From NCBI GenBank assembly GCA_036676985.1, contig JAKFBU010000061.1, positions 37,632 through 101,631 of the forward strand: a DNA stretch of 64,000 bases. Reading direction: 5' to 3'. This DNA comes from Candidatus Sericytochromatia bacterium (GTDB lineage Bacteria; Cyanobacteriota; Sericytochromatia; S15B-MN24; UBA4093). The position numbers were made by a program, and so were the translations under genes. The notes under the pieces are model-generated. The model ran no database searches, was not told the DNA's origin, and was given only the letters and a program-made list of their open reading frames with translations. This document shows, one piece after another, positions 16,070 through 26,582 of this stretch (positions are counted from its first letter, which is position 1; every line of letters begins with the position of its first letter).

Positions 16070-17923
16070 TTAGGGCAGGAACTGGGAGGGGATGTTCGCG
16101 TAGTTGGTCTTGTTGTTGCTCAGGGTGTTGCCCGAGAGGACCAGCTTGGTCTTGCGATCGCTGTTCCAGTAGATGGCCGCCTCGCCGCTCGAGGTCGTCT
16201 GGCCCGTGTAGGCGATGGTGTTGTTGGTGATGGTGATGTCGTCCGTGCCGTAGATGTAGATGCCGCTCTTGCCGACGTGATCGATGGTGTTGCGGTCGAT
16301 CTTCCAGCCGTCGCAGTTCTGGTTGAGCATCAGGGCCCGGCCCGACATGTTCTTGAAGGTGTTGCTGATGAGCTGGTTGTACTTGGCGGGCGAGGTGGCG
16401 CCGTAGCCCTGCAGACCGGTCTCGCCGCCGTCGATCACGTTGCCCTGGAAGAGGCAGTTGTTCGACTTGTCGATGGAGATGCCCATCCGGGCGGCCGTGA
16501 CCCGGTTGTTGAGGACCTTCACGCCGTCACCCGAGACCACCTCGATGCCGTACTTGGGCGTGGTGGGGTTCCAGGTGCCGTTGACCTCGTTGTTCTGGAT
16601 GACGCCCGACGCTCCGTCGAAGGAGATCCAGCTCGAGACCTTGTTGTTCTCGACGGTCCCCGAGCAGTTGCTCCACAGCTCGATGCCGAGGCCCTCGCCG
16701 CCCAGCTTGCGGACGTCGTTGCGGGCGACGTAGAGGTTCTTGCAGTCGTTGTGGGCGTTGATGCCCGCGCGGCTGGCGTTCTCGATGCGGTTGTCGGTGA
16801 TGACGGCGTCCGACGAGTCCCAGCCGAGGGTGATGCCGGTGCCCCACTTGTCGCCCGCGTTGCCGACGTCGTGGATGTAGTTGCCGATCAGCTTGGCGTG
16901 GTCGACGTTCTTCTGGAGCTCGATGCCGTAGGCGTCGGCGCCGGTGTTCTTGATCTCGCAGTTGAACACGCCGAGCCGGACGGCGTTGGTGGCGACGAAG
17001 GCGCGCTGGAGGTTGCCGTTCTCGTTGGCGTCGAGCACCAGGGTGCGGATGGTGGCGTCGGTGGTGTTGGCGCCGTCGAGGATGGTGCGGGTGCCGGCGC
17101 CCTTGAGGATGGTCTGGCCGGCGACGCCCACCAGGTGGACGTTGCTCTTGAGGTAGACCTGGGTCTCCATGTTGTAGGTGCCCGCCGGGATGTTGATGAT
17201 GCCGCCGGTGCTGGCGAGGCCGTTGATGGCCTTCTGCAAGTTCGCGCCGGGCGTGCTGCCCATGGTGACGGTCATCGTCTTGAGGCCGCTCGGCAGGGCC
17301 GGGATCGCGGTGCTCGGCGCGGTGGTCGGAGCCGGGGTGGGGCTGGTGGTCGGACGCGGGGTCGCCGTGGGGGCGGTGGTCGGAGCCGGCGTGGGCAGCG
17401 GCGTGGTCACGATGTCGCCGTCGTCGATGATGATGCCGACGCCCACGTTGCCCGTGCCGGGATCGACCTGGGTCGGGGCCAGCTTGATCTGCACCGAGAC
17501 CGAGGTGAGCTGGCCCGCGATGATGGCGACGCCCGTCTTGGTGGTGGTGCCGATGACGGCGCCCGCCGCGTCGAGGCACTCGACCTTCACGGCGATCGTG
17601 CCCTCGGGGATGCTCTTGAAGCTCAGGTTGGCGGAAGGGGGGTAAGCGGCCGTCTGCGTCTGGGCCGTGGTCAAAGGACCGCCCGAGAGGGTGACGCGCA
17701 GCTGTTTGATGTCGGCCTTGGTGGCATTGGTCTGGTAGCCCTGCTGGAAGCTGAGCGAGAGGGCACCGCGATCCATGCGCTGCTCGACGCCGTCGCCGGA
17801 GAGGCCGGGGCCCAAAGGAGAGGGCATGCCGCAGCCGATCAGCGTCAGGCTGCATGCGAAGAGGAGGGCCGTACCGGTGACCGTCAGGCGGCGGGTGGGC
17901 TTGAAGGGAGAGCGGAAAGACAT
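16070..17923 (-). CDS. Beta-helix lipoprotein, paralog 3, with extra N-terminal beta-rich domain and Pro/Thr linker
   Basis: ATG at 17923 after AAAGGA; LIGC lipobox; linker TPLPTPAPTTAPTATPRPTTSPTP; same beta-helix core. Confidence 0.87.
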   Translation of the reverse strand: MSFRSPFKPTRRLTVTGTALLFACSLTLIGCGMPSPLGPGLSGDGVEQRMDRGALSLSFQQGYQTNATKADIKQLRVTLSGGPLTTAQTQTAAYPPSANLSFKSIPEGTIAVKVECLDAAGAVIGTTTKTGVAIIAGQLTSVSVQIKLAPTQVDPGTGNVGVGIIIDDGDIVTTPLPTPAPTTAPTATPRPTTSPTPAPTTAPSTAIPALPSGLKTMTVTMGSTPGANLQKAINGLASTGGIINIPAGTYNMETQVYLKSNVHLVGVAGQTILKGAGTRTILDGANTTDATIRTLVLDANENGNLQRAFVATNAVRLGVFNCEIKNTGADAYGIELQKNVDHAKLIGNYIHDVGNAGDKWGTGITLGWDSSDAVITDNRIENASRAGINAHNDCKNLYVARNDVRKLGGEGLGIELWSNCSGTVENNKVSSWISFDGASGVIQNNEVNGTWNPTTPKYGIEVVSGDGVKVLNNRVTAARMGISIDKSNNCLFQGNVIDGGETGLQGYGATSPAKYNQLISNTFKNMSGRALMLNQNCDGWKIDRNTIDHVGKSGIYIYGTDDITITNNTIAYTGQTTSSGEAAIYWNSDRKTKLVLSGNTLSNNKTNYANIPSQFLP

Positions 17924-18288
17924 GAGGGTGAATCGTCCTTTCTTGGAGACTTCCGCGCGGCCCGGGGGCCGGGTGCGGGACCGTGCCAGAAAGGGGCACG
18001 GCGGGACCTCGCGGGAGGTCCGTGACGCTCTTGCGTCCTTTGATGCCCACATCATAGGCGGGGGCGGTTATCGGGTGGCTAACGCAGCGTGAAGGGAGTA
18101 TTACTCATCAGTCGCTAGCAGGGTTCTGGCCCCGGCGCGCCCCCCAGACGCGCTCTGGGGGCCATTTTCTCGGCCTGGGCTCAAACGGACCGCGCCCCCG
18201 CCAATCGGCGGGGGCGCGGGGTCGATCGGGGCGTCCTCAGGGGGCTCTCCCCCGCGGGGCGTGATGCACCAAGGATTCGATATTTATC

Positions 18289-18317
18289 TTTACAAAGTTT
18301 TGTGAATCACCTATCAT
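18289..18317 (+). promoter_or_regulatory. sigma70-type promoter of the polysaccharide export genes
   Basis: TTTACA-N17-TATCAT within an AT-rich patch. Confidence 0.55.
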
Positions 18318-18487
18318 CACAACCGAGCAAGCTCATGGACCCCTCACGCCGCAGGGACCTCCCGCGCCATCATCCGCGCCGTTACGAGCTAGAACCAGCG
18401 ACAACCCCGCCCCGTTCCCGGGCCCTCCGAGGCCCGCTTCGAGGGCTGCGTCCCGTTGTCGCTGTCAATGAGGAAAGGGGCACCACC

Positions 18488-20935
18488 GTGAAACACGTCC
18501 TGGTCGTCTTGGCGACTTCCTGGGGCCTCTTGGCGGCCCAGCCCGTCGCCTTCGCCGAAACCTACACCTTGCCTGGCCGAGCCGACGAGGCCTCCGGCAG
18601 CGTCACCATCGCTCCGCACGTCTTGCAGCAGCTCTCTGCCGAGCAGCAGCAGCTCGTCCAGCGCCGGCTCACGGAGGTGCGCGCTCCCGAAGCACCCCCG
18701 GCCGCCGCTCCTCCGAGCGGGGACCTCTCCGACTTCGAGCGCATGCTGGCCCAGCGTCAGTATGATCCCATCTCGACCCGCCTCAAGCAATACGGCTACG
18801 ACCTCTTCAACGAGACGCCCTCCACCTTCGCGCCGGTGGACGATCTGCCCGTGCCCGACGACTACGTGGTCGGCCCCGGCGACGAGATCATGGTGAGTGC
18901 CGTCAGCCCCCGCCGCAACGCGGAAAACACGCTCACGGTCGCCCGCGACGGCACCATCTTCTACCCCAACATCGGCACCCTGACGGTGGCCGGCATGAGC
19001 TACGCGCGTCTGGTGAGCTTCCTCGGCCAGCAGATCAAGGGCGAGGCGAGCCAGATGCAGCTCACCGTGCGCATGGGCAAGCTTCGGAGCATCAAGGTGT
19101 TCGTGGTGGGCCGGGTCAAGAAGCCCGGGGCCTACACCGTGAGCTCCCTGTCCAGCCTCTCGAACGCGCTGTTGAGCTGCGGCGGACCGACCAAGGCCGG
19201 GAGCCTGCGCGACATCCAGCTCAAGCGTCACGGCAAGACCGTCGCCCGCTTCGACTACTACGACCTGCTCATGCAGGGCGACAGCTCCAAGGACCTGCGC
19301 CTGCAGGCCGGGGATGTCATCTTCATCCCGCCCACCGGTCCCCAGGTCGCCGTGGCGGGCAACGTCAAGAGTCCCGCCATCTACGAGCTCAAGGGTACGA
19401 GCACCCTCGCCGACGTCCTGCAGCTCGCGGGCGGCATCGCGCCCACGGGCTACACCCAGCAGGTCCAGATCGAGCGCTTCGACGAGAACCGCGCCCGCAA
19501 GGTGCTGGACGTGAACATCGATCGCCTCCAGACGGCGGGCACCATGACCCTCCAGGACGGCGACCTCCTCAAGGTCTTCCCCGTCAGCACCAAGCTGCGC
19601 AACGCGGTCTTCCTGGAGGGCAACGTCGAGCGTCCGGGCCAGTACGAGTTCCGTCCCAACCTGCGCCTGCGCGACGTGATCCGGAGCGATCGCGACCTCA
19701 AGCCCGAGAGCTACATGGAGCTTGGCATGATCGAGCGGGTCACCCCGCCGGACGACCACATCGAGCTCATCCCCTTCCACCTGGGCAAGGCGCTCGCGGG
19801 TGATGCCACCGAGAACAAGCGGCTCAGCCCCGAGGACCGGATCCGGATCTACTACCGCTGGGACATCCAGGAGCTCCCCAAGGTCCGGGTGGCCGGTGCG
19901 GTCAACCGGGGCGGCGAGTTCCAGCTGCGGCCCCGCATGACCGTCAGCGATCTCATCCACCTGGCGGGCGGTCTGCTGGATCAGGCGGACCTCTCCAAGG
20001 CGGAGCTCACCCGGGTGCGGATCATCGACAACAAGGCCGTCAGCCAGCGGCTCGAGGTGGATCTGCAGCGGGCCCTGCGCGGGGAAAAGGGCGCCAACGT
20101 CGCCCTGGAGAAGGGAGACTACCTCCTCATCCGCCCTGTAGCCGACTACAAGCGCTTCCGCACCGTCACGCTCATGGGCGAGATCGCCCAGCCGGGCGTC
20201 TACACCTTCCGCGACGGCGAGACGCTCACGGACGTCATCCAGCGCGCCGGGGGCTACACCGCGCGGGCCTACCTCAAGGGCGCCATCTTCACCCGTCAGT
20301 CGGTCAAGCGCCTCCAGGAGGAGCGCCTCCAAGAGTTCGCCGATCGCCTGAGCGAGAACCTCTACCGCCAGTCGGCCCAGCAGGCGGCCACGGCCCTGTC
20401 GTCGGACGCGGCCCGCAGCAACTCCGAGGCCATGAGCGCGCGTCGCGCCCTGGTGGAGAGCCTCAAGCAGACCAAGGCCTCCGGGCGCATGATCGTCGCG
20501 CTCGACAAGCTCAACCAGAAGCCGCACTCCACTTTGGACGTGCAGCTCGAGGAAGGTGACACGCTCGTCGTGCCCTCGCTCATCAACTCGGTCTCGGTGC
20601 TCGGCCAGGTCTACAACCCGACGGCCGTCACCTTCGAGCCTGGCCGGACCCTGGGCGACTACCTCGCCAAGACCGGCGGCACCACCCAGAGCGCCGATCA
20701 GGGCTCCATCTACGTGGTCCGGGCGGACGGCTCGGTCCTGACCGACCAGAACGTCGGCGGCTGGTGGCCGTTCCGGCGGGGCATCCGCGGGGCGGTCCTC
20801 GAGCCGGGCGACACGGTCATGGTCCCCGAGCGGCTGGCCGTCGACACCTCGATCCGCGACATCCGCGACATCACCCAGATCCTGTTCCAGATCGCGACCA
20901 CGGCGGCCCTCACCTGGAGCATCGTGACGAAGTAG
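18488..20935 (+). CDS. Polysaccharide export protein with multiple SLBB domains (Wza/KpsD-like)
   Basis: Signal peptide; YGYDLF, DYVVGPGDEI, V-x-G-x-V-x-x-PG repeats, LEPGDTVMVP, C-terminal amphipathic helix; GTG start after GAGGAAAGGGG. Confidence 0.9.
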   Translation: MKHVLVVLATSWGLLAAQPVAFAETYTLPGRADEASGSVTIAPHVLQQLSAEQQQLVQRRLTEVRAPEAPPAAAPPSGDLSDFERMLAQRQYDPISTRLKQYGYDLFNETPSTFAPVDDLPVPDDYVVGPGDEIMVSAVSPRRNAENTLTVARDGTIFYPNIGTLTVAGMSYARLVSFLGQQIKGEASQMQLTVRMGKLRSIKVFVVGRVKKPGAYTVSSLSSLSNALLSCGGPTKAGSLRDIQLKRHGKTVARFDYYDLLMQGDSSKDLRLQAGDVIFIPPTGPQVAVAGNVKSPAIYELKGTSTLADVLQLAGGIAPTGYTQQVQIERFDENRARKVLDVNIDRLQTAGTMTLQDGDLLKVFPVSTKLRNAVFLEGNVERPGQYEFRPNLRLRDVIRSDRDLKPESYMELGMIERVTPPDDHIELIPFHLGKALAGDATENKRLSPEDRIRIYYRWDIQELPKVRVAGAVNRGGEFQLRPRMTVSDLIHLAGGLLDQADLSKAELTRVRIIDNKAVSQRLEVDLQRALRGEKGANVALEKGDYLLIRPVADYKRFRTVTLMGEIAQPGVYTFRDGETLTDVIQRAGGYTARAYLKGAIFTRQSVKRLQEERLQEFADRLSENLYRQSAQQAATALSSDAARSNSEAMSARRALVESLKQTKASGRMIVALDKLNQKPHSTLDVQLEEGDTLVVPSLINSVSVLGQVYNPTAVTFEPGRTLGDYLAKTGGTTQSADQGSIYVVRADGSVLTDQNVGGWWPFRRGIRGAVLEPGDTVMVPERLAVDTSIRDIRDITQILFQIATTAALTWSIVTK

Positions 20936-20944
20936 GGGGACAAG

Positions 20945-22132
20945 ATGCAAGAGTACAAAGTCAACAGCCCTACCACCGCTCCAACGGTGGACGAGATCGA
21001 CCTGCGCTCCACCGGCCGCACCCTCTGGGAGCGAAGGCGCATGATCGGGGCGATCGCCCTCCTGGGCACGGCGCTCTCGGTCGCGATCGCCATGGTCCAG
21101 CCCAACGTCTACACGGCCGACGCCACGGTCATGCCCATCGACATCAGCTTCGAGCGCCTGAGCCCGGAGATGGCGGGCGGCGGTGGCATGGCGGCCCTGC
21201 TCTCGCGGGCGGGGATCGGCCGGGACGGCACGGTCTCGGACAAGCTGGTCGCCCTCCTCAAGTCCCGCAGCGTCACCGAGGCCGTGCTCACCAAGCACCG
21301 ACTCTTGCCGGCGGTGGTGGGCGAGGTGAAGGCGGGCCATGAGCAGAGCGCGCTCGGCGCGGCCTTCACGGTGCTGGACAAGACGGTCCAGGCCAAGCCC
21401 GATCCCCTCTCCGGCTTGATCCACATCTCGGCCAACCACCAGAGCGCGGAGGTCTCCGCCGCCCTGGCCAACGCCTACATCGAGGAGCTCGCGCTCTTCC
21501 TCAACGACAACTCCCTGACCTCGACCCGGCGCAAGCGCGAGTTCCTCGAGGAGAAGGTCCGGACCGTCTCCAAGGACGTCGAGCGCCTGCAGGCGCAGCT
21601 CGTCTCCTTCCAGGAGGAGAAGAACCTCATCGCCCTGGATACCCAGACGCAGTCCATGGTCCAGTCCTTCATGACCCTCAAGAGCCAGCTGCTCACCAAG
21701 CAGATGGAGGTGGCGCTGCAGGCCAAGTCCGTCTCGGCGAACGACATCCAGCTGCTCGGGCTCCGGCAGGAGGTCGAGCAGCTCAAGGACAGCCTCAAGG
21801 CCATGGAGTCGGGGGCCGCGGGGGGCATGTTCGCCCTCAAGGACCTGCCGAAGATGGGAGCCCAGCTGACCCAGCTGCAGCGGGAGCTCGCCTCCAAGCA
21901 GAAGGTCTTCGAGCTCTTGAGCGAGCAGCTCGAGCTCTCCAAGATCGAGGAGGCCAAGGAGGCCCTCTCCTTCCAGGTGATCGATCGAGCCATCGCCCCG
22001 GACAAGCCCAGCGGGCCCAAGCGCCCCTTCCTCATGGTCGCAGGGGCGGTGATCTCGCTGCTGCTCGGCATGTTCGTGGCCCTGGTGGCCGGCAAGCCGC
22101 GGCGATCGCTTGCCGAGTACGACGCCATCTAG
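20945..22132 (+). CDS. Wzz/GumC-like polysaccharide chain-length determinant (no kinase domain)
   Basis: DEIDL N-terminus, TM helix, coiled coil, VIDRAIAPDKPSGPKR, second TM helix. Confidence 0.88.
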   Translation: MQEYKVNSPTTAPTVDEIDLRSTGRTLWERRRMIGAIALLGTALSVAIAMVQPNVYTADATVMPIDISFERLSPEMAGGGGMAALLSRAGIGRDGTVSDKLVALLKSRSVTEAVLTKHRLLPAVVGEVKAGHEQSALGAAFTVLDKTVQAKPDPLSGLIHISANHQSAEVSAALANAYIEELALFLNDNSLTSTRRKREFLEEKVRTVSKDVERLQAQLVSFQEEKNLIALDTQTQSMVQSFMTLKSQLLTKQMEVALQAKSVSANDIQLLGLRQEVEQLKDSLKAMESGAAGGMFALKDLPKMGAQLTQLQRELASKQKVFELLSEQLELSKIEEAKEALSFQVIDRAIAPDKPSGPKRPFLMVAGAVISLLLGMFVALVAGKPRRSLAEYDAI

Positions 22133-22147
22133 ACGCCCCAGGAACGC

Positions 22148-22221
22148 GAGAGGCCGGACGCACGTCCGGCCTCTCTTCGTGCCCAGCAAACGAGGCGGCG
22201 GGTCATCGACCCGCCGCCTCG
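22148..22221. terminator. Two hairpins between convergent operons
   Basis: GAGAGGCCGGACG-ca-CGTCCGGCCTCTC (22148-22175) and CGAGGCGGCGGGTC-atc-GACCCGCCGCCTCG (22191-22221). Confidence 0.7.
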
Positions 22222-22234
22222 ATCCGTGCTCGCC

Positions 22235-22984
22235 TCAGGGGTTGCGCAGGCCCAGCTGCCGGAAGGCCAGCCACATGAAGGGCAGGTTGGTCCGCCAGTA
22301 GCGCTTGAAGAGGCGCCGCGGCTCCTGGCCCAGGCGGTAGAGCCACTCGAGCCCGGCGTCGCGCATCCACTGGGGCGCCATGGTCTGGGTGCCCGCGTAG
22401 ACCGGAAAGGCCGCTCCGAGGCCGATGAGCACCGCCGGCAACCGGTCGCGGTGGGTCTCCATCCAGCGCTCCTGCTTGGGGCAGCCGAGGGAGACCAGCA
22501 CGAGCTGGGCCCCGCTCGAGCGGATCCGCTGCACGAGCTCCGTGTCCTCCTCGTCGGTGAGGGGCCTGAAGGGCGGCGACTCCATGCCCGCGATCCGCAG
22601 CCCGGGACACTCGATCGCCAGACGCTCGCGCATGCGCGCGAGCGTCTCGGTCGTCGAGCCCAGGAAGAAGACCGCGAGATCCCGCTCGGCTGCCAGCCGG
22701 CAGAGCCTGGGGAGCATGTCCATGCCCGCCACCCGATCCTGCTCGGGAGCGCCCAGGCGCCGCATCATCCAGACGAGCGGGGTCCCGTCCGGCGTGACCA
22801 TGTCCGCCTTCTGGAGCAGGCCCCCGAAGCCCTCGTCCCAGCGGGCCTCCATGAGCATGTGGACGTTGGCGACGCAGACCATGCGGCGCTCGCGCGCCTC
22901 GGCCCACGTGAGGATGGTCTCGAGCTGCTCGGCCGAGCGCATGGCCGTGACCGGCGAGCCCACGACGTTGATGCTAGGCAGCAT
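22235..22984 (-). CDS. WecG/TagA/CpsF family glycosyltransferase (GT26)
   Basis: ANVHMLM, PDGTPLVW, RVAGMD, SLGCPKQERW, GLGAAF, GLEWLYRL.QEPRRL.KRY. Confidence 0.93.
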   Translation of the reverse strand: MLPSINVVGSPVTAMRSAEQLETILTWAEARERRMVCVANVHMLMEARWDEGFGGLLQKADMVTPDGTPLVWMMRRLGAPEQDRVAGMDMLPRLCRLAAERDLAVFFLGSTTETLARMRERLAIECPGLRIAGMESPPFRPLTDEEDTELVQRIRSSGAQLVLVSLGCPKQERWMETHRDRLPAVLIGLGAAFPVYAGTQTMAPQWMRDAGLEWLYRLGQEPRRLFKRYWRTNLPFMWLAFRQLGLRNP

Positions 22985-22995
22985 GGGGCCTCCTT

Positions 22996-23943
22996 CTACA
23001 CCAGAACCCGGGACTCGGCGAGGAAACTCTGGTAGGCGAGCTCGAGGCCCGTTTCCAGGTCCACCCGCGGCCGCCAGCCCAGGGCCGTCAGGCGCGTGAC
23101 GTCGAGCAGCTTGCGCGGGGTGCCGTCCGGCATGCTCGGGTCGAAGTCGAGCGTCCCCTCGAAGCCCACCACCCGGGCGATCGCCCGGGCCAGGTCCTTG
23201 ATGGTGACGTCCGCGCCGACCCCCACGTTGATGGGGCCGCCCAGCTGGGCCGCGTCGTAGCGCTGCATGAGGAAGACGCAGGCGTCGGCCAGGTCGTCGC
23301 TGTACAGGAACTCCCGGCAGGGCGTGCCCGTGCCCCAGAGGGTGACGGTCTTGGCGCCGCGGAGCTTGGCCTCGTGCATCTTGCGGATCAAGGCGGGCAG
23401 GACATGGGAGGTCTCGAGGTCGTAGTTGTCGCCCGGGCCGTAGAGGTTGGTCGGCATGACCGCGAGGTAGTTGGTGCCGTACTGACGGTTGAAGCTCTCG
23501 CAGAGCTTGAGGCCCGCGATCTTGGCGATGGCGTAGGCCTCGTTGGTGGCCTCCAAGGAGCCCGTGAGCAGGTACTCCTCGCGGATGGGCTGCGGGCAGC
23601 GCTTGGGGTAGATGCAGCTGGAGCCGAGGAAGAGGAGCTTGCGGACGCCCGTGCGGTAAGAGGCCTGGACGAGGCTGTTCTGGATGGCCAGGTTGTCCAG
23701 GAGGAAGTCTGCGGGCTGCGAGTTGTTCGCGTGGATGCCGCCCACCTTGGCGGCCGCGAGGAACACGTACTCGGGCCGCTCCTCGGCGAAGAAGCGCATG
23801 GTGGCCTCGGGGTCCCGCAGGTCGAGCTCCTGGCGGGTCCTGAGCAGTAGGTTCCGGTAGCCTTCCGCCTCGAGGCGGCGGACCAGGGCGGAACCCACCA
23901 GCCCGCGGTGGCCGGCGACGAAGATGCGAGCGGTCTGTTGCAT
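22996..23943 (-). CDS. fcl: GDP-L-fucose synthase
   Basis: [52 protein letters not shown]. Confidence 0.95.
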   Translation of the reverse strand: MQQTARIFVAGHRGLVGSALVRRLEAEGYRNLLLRTRQELDLRDPEATMRFFAEERPEYVFLAAAKVGGIHANNSQPADFLLDNLAIQNSLVQASYRTGVRKLLFLGSSCIYPKRCPQPIREEYLLTGSLEATNEAYAIAKIAGLKLCESFNRQYGTNYLAVMPTNLYGPGDNYDLETSHVLPALIRKMHEAKLRGAKTVTLWGTGTPCREFLYSDDLADACVFLMQRYDAAQLGGPINVGVGADVTIKDLARAIARVVGFEGTLDFDPSMPDGTPRKLLDVTRLTALGWRPRVDLETGLELAYQSFLAESRVLV

Positions 23944-23954
23944 GGGGTCTCCTT

Positions 23955-25181
23955 CTAGGCGACGTCAAGACGTTGGAGGGCGACGGACTGGCGGTCTTCC
24001 TGGTGGCACGCGAGCAGGGCCCCGTAGACCAGCCAGAAGTAGATGGCCACGTAGGGGAACTCCAGGGATTGGTTGGTCATCATGAGGACGAGCATTCCCC
24101 AGCACGCGAGCGTGAAGCTGGTCGTGAGCAGGGAGGCGCGGCGACGCAGGGTGCCGACGAGCCCCAGGACCATGGGGGCGAGGAAGAGGACGATCCCCGG
24201 CAGGCCGATGTAGATGAGGATGGTCAGGAGGCCGTTGTGCGGTGGGACGGTCATCAGCTGGAAGGCCCGGTCGGGCATGTCGATGGTCGAGACCTGGCTG
24301 ATGATCTTCTCGAATTCCGCGGCGTTGGCGGGCAGGTACTGCACGCCGAACCCCTTGCCGAGAAGGAAGAGGCCCCGCTCCCAGCTGTCCTGGAGGATCG
24401 CGTGCCAGTAGCGGTAGCGCCAGAGGGCGTTGGCGTCCGAGTACTGCTCGTTGGCGCCGGACGCGAAGACGGCGACGATGGCGCCCATGAGGACCAGGGG
24501 CGCGCGCACCGCCGGAAAGTGCAGGAACATGCTCAGGAAGAGGATGAGGGCCGCCCCCGGCATGAACGAGGAGTGGCCGTTGAAGCCGGCGACGAGCGCG
24601 GTGCCCGCCGCGCCGATGGCGATCTTGGCCCCCAGGGACGGGGCCCGCGTGATCCAGTAGGCGAGGCCCGTCAGGAACATCAGGGTGGACGTGTAGTCCG
24701 TGTTGCCCCCGAAGGGCAAGACGTCGAGGAAGCTCAGGATCATGCCGATCCCGCCCACGGCCGTGGCGCCCCGGAAGAGCGCCCTGAGGGGCAGCTGCGC
24801 GCGGTGGTAGCGGAAGACCACGTACGAGAAGCAGCCTACCGTGGCGTAGAAGATGAAGACGGATTGCCGGATGATCCAGTAGGCGTTCCGGTCGGCGACC
24901 AGCGAGTACACCAGGTACGCGAAGCTCAGCCCGATGAAGAGCCGTAGCCAGGGAACGTTCGGCAGGGCCAGGCGCTGGGCGAGGCCCGGGGCTACCCCGA
25001 ACCAGGCGGCGAGCACCGCGAGCTCCGACAGGAAGAGCGGGCCGATGTGGACCTTGTAGAAGGCCTCGCCGAAATAGGCCTGCCCGATGGCGGCCCCGAT
25101 CAGGATCCAGAAGCCGACGATCCAGGGCTTGCCATACGGCAGGACGGCGGCACGGAAAGGTAGCGCGTTGGTCATGGTCAC
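23955..25181 (-). CDS. Putative Wzy polymerase / O-antigen-ligase-like membrane protein
   Basis: About 10-11 TM helices; loop with [14 protein letters not shown] and PHNGLL, typical of Wzy_C; adjacent to wzx. Confidence 0.75.
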   Translation of the reverse strand: MTMTNALPFRAAVLPYGKPWIVGFWILIGAAIGQAYFGEAFYKVHIGPLFLSELAVLAAWFGVAPGLAQRLALPNVPWLRLFIGLSFAYLVYSLVADRNAYWIIRQSVFIFYATVGCFSYVVFRYHRAQLPLRALFRGATAVGGIGMILSFLDVLPFGGNTDYTSTLMFLTGLAYWITRAPSLGAKIAIGAAGTALVAGFNGHSSFMPGAALILFLSMFLHFPAVRAPLVLMGAIVAVFASGANEQYSDANALWRYRYWHAILQDSWERGLFLLGKGFGVQYLPANAAEFEKIISQVSTIDMPDRAFQLMTVPPHNGLLTILIYIGLPGIVLFLAPMVLGLVGTLRRRASLLTTSFTLACWGMLVLMMTNQSLEFPYVAIYFWLVYGALLACHQEDRQSVALQRLDVA

Positions 25182-25184
25182 CCC

Positions 25185-26582
25185 CTATGCGGATCGGGTG
25201 CGGAGCTGACGGAAGTGGGCTACATAGCCGCGCAGGGCTTGCCGGCTCTCGGGCCAGGCGAGGGCCGTGATCGGCCCGAGGACGGTCCACCAGCCGAGCG
25301 GATGGGCGAAGAGGGGCAGCCCGAAGCCGGCCGCCCAGATGAGTGCCAGCCGGTAGTCGGGCGAGCCCACGTGGCGGGCCAGGGAGTAGTGAATGACGCC
25401 GTAGCCCAGAAGCGAGCCAATCTCGGCCAGGCCGTAGCCCACCACCCCGAAGCGCCCCACGAACAGGTAGGCCATGCCGGCGAACAGCGCCATGTGCACC
25501 AGGTGGAAGGCCGTCACCGACCAGTTGCGATCCAGGACGTAGAGGACCGAGGCATGGAGCTTGAACATGGCATGGCCCAGGGTGCCGAGGGCGATGAAGG
25601 GGAAGATGGCGAGCGCGCTCAGCCACTTCGGACCGAACAGCAGGGGCATCAGCCAGGGGCCGAGCCATGCGAAGAGGACCAAGAGCGGCCCCATGGCGAG
25701 CAGCTGGAGGCGCATGCCGTCGGTGACGGCCTTGACCAGGCGTTGCTCGTCGCTCTGCACCCGGGCCAGAGCCGCGGTCGAGAGGCGCTGGGCGGCCCTC
25801 AGGACGAAGCTGAGAGCGTCGGTGAGGCGGACGGCGAGGGCGACGTAGCCCATGCCGGCCGCTCCTGCCAGGGGCCCGACCACCAGGGGGTTGACGAGGC
25901 TGCGGGCCTGCCACAGGAGGCGCGAGACCGAGAAGCCGAACCCGAAGCCCAGCATCTCCTTGAAGGCTCGGGTATCCCAGTGGAAGCCGGGTCGATAGCC
26001 CGCCAGGGGAAAGAGGAGCAGGTTCACGACGAGCTGCTGGGCCCACCAGCCTATCGTTGGCGCCCAGACGCCCGCCCCCTTGAAGGCCAGAGGCAGGGCG
26101 GCGACGTAGAAGGCGATCTGCCCGCCGAGCTCCGCGAGGACGACCCAGCGGTAGTCCATGGCGCGCTGGAGCTTGGCGAGCGGGATCTGGCCGAGGAGCA
26201 CCACCGGAAGACCCAGGATGAGCGTGCTCGCCACCGGGCCGAAGCTCGCCAGGCCCATGTAGCGGCTCAACAGGGGGATCGACAGGAGCCCCACGGTGAG
26301 AAAGCAGACGCTCGAGAGGGAGAGGAGCGTGAAGGCCGTGTGCAGGTCCCGCTCCGTGAGCTCCCCCGGTCGGCGCTCCAGGTGCACCATGATGCCGAAG
26401 TCCGCCGCGAGCTGCAGAAAGGTGTAGACCCCGCCCGCGGCCGCGTAGAGCCCGTAGTTGGCCGGGCCGATGAGCCGGGCGAGCAGGAGGATCCCCATCA
26501 GGCCGATCAGGGTGCCGGCTGCCTGGCGGAACACCAGGTACGACCCCTTCCGCATCACTTCGGAGCGCAGGTTCTTGCTCAT
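25185..26582 (-). CDS. Wzx-type oligosaccharide flippase
   Basis: LARLIGPANYGLY, DFGI, KLQRAMDY, LFGPKW; many TM helices. Confidence 0.88.
   Translation of the reverse strand: MSKNLRSEVMRKGSYLVFRQAAGTLIGLMGILLLARLIGPANYGLYAAAGGVYTFLQLAADFGIMVHLERRPGELTERDLHTAFTLLSLSSVCFLTVGLLSIPLLSRYMGLASFGPVASTLILGLPVVLLGQIPLAKLQRAMDYRWVVLAELGGQIAFYVAALPLAFKGAGVWAPTIGWWAQQLVVNLLLFPLAGYRPGFHWDTRAFKEMLGFGFGFSVSRLLWQARSLVNPLVVGPLAGAAGMGYVALAVRLTDALSFVLRAAQRLSTAALARVQSDEQRLVKAVTDGMRLQLLAMGPLLVLFAWLGPWLMPLLFGPKWLSALAIFPFIALGTLGHAMFKLHASVLYVLDRNWSVTAFHLVHMALFAGMAYLFVGRFGVVGYGLAEIGSLLGYGVIHYSLARHVGSPDYRLALIWAAGFGLPLFAHPLGWWTVLGPITALAWPESRQALRGYVAHFRQLRTRSA

Noticed and set aside
17320-17410. Repetitive DNA inside beta-helix paralog 3
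   Set aside because: Encodes an ordinary Pro/Thr linker
14699-18025. 1108-aa plus-strand ORF
   Set aside because: Antisense shadow of the beta-helix genes; high GC3 suppresses stops on the opposite strand, and it has no motifs
18061-18100. CCCGATAA as a third sigma28 promoter
   Set aside because: No AAAG-type -35 at the right distance, and a sigma70-type TATGAT lies closer to the gene
18389-22189. 1266-aa minus-strand ORF
   Set aside because: Antisense shadow of the export and Wzz genes; the same applies to most other overlapping ORFs in the track
22985-23968. ORF-track extensions upstream of wecG (likewise 32590..34686, 43412..45250, 35447..36607)
   Set aside because: They overlap real neighbouring genes in another frame; family-typical starts lie downstream
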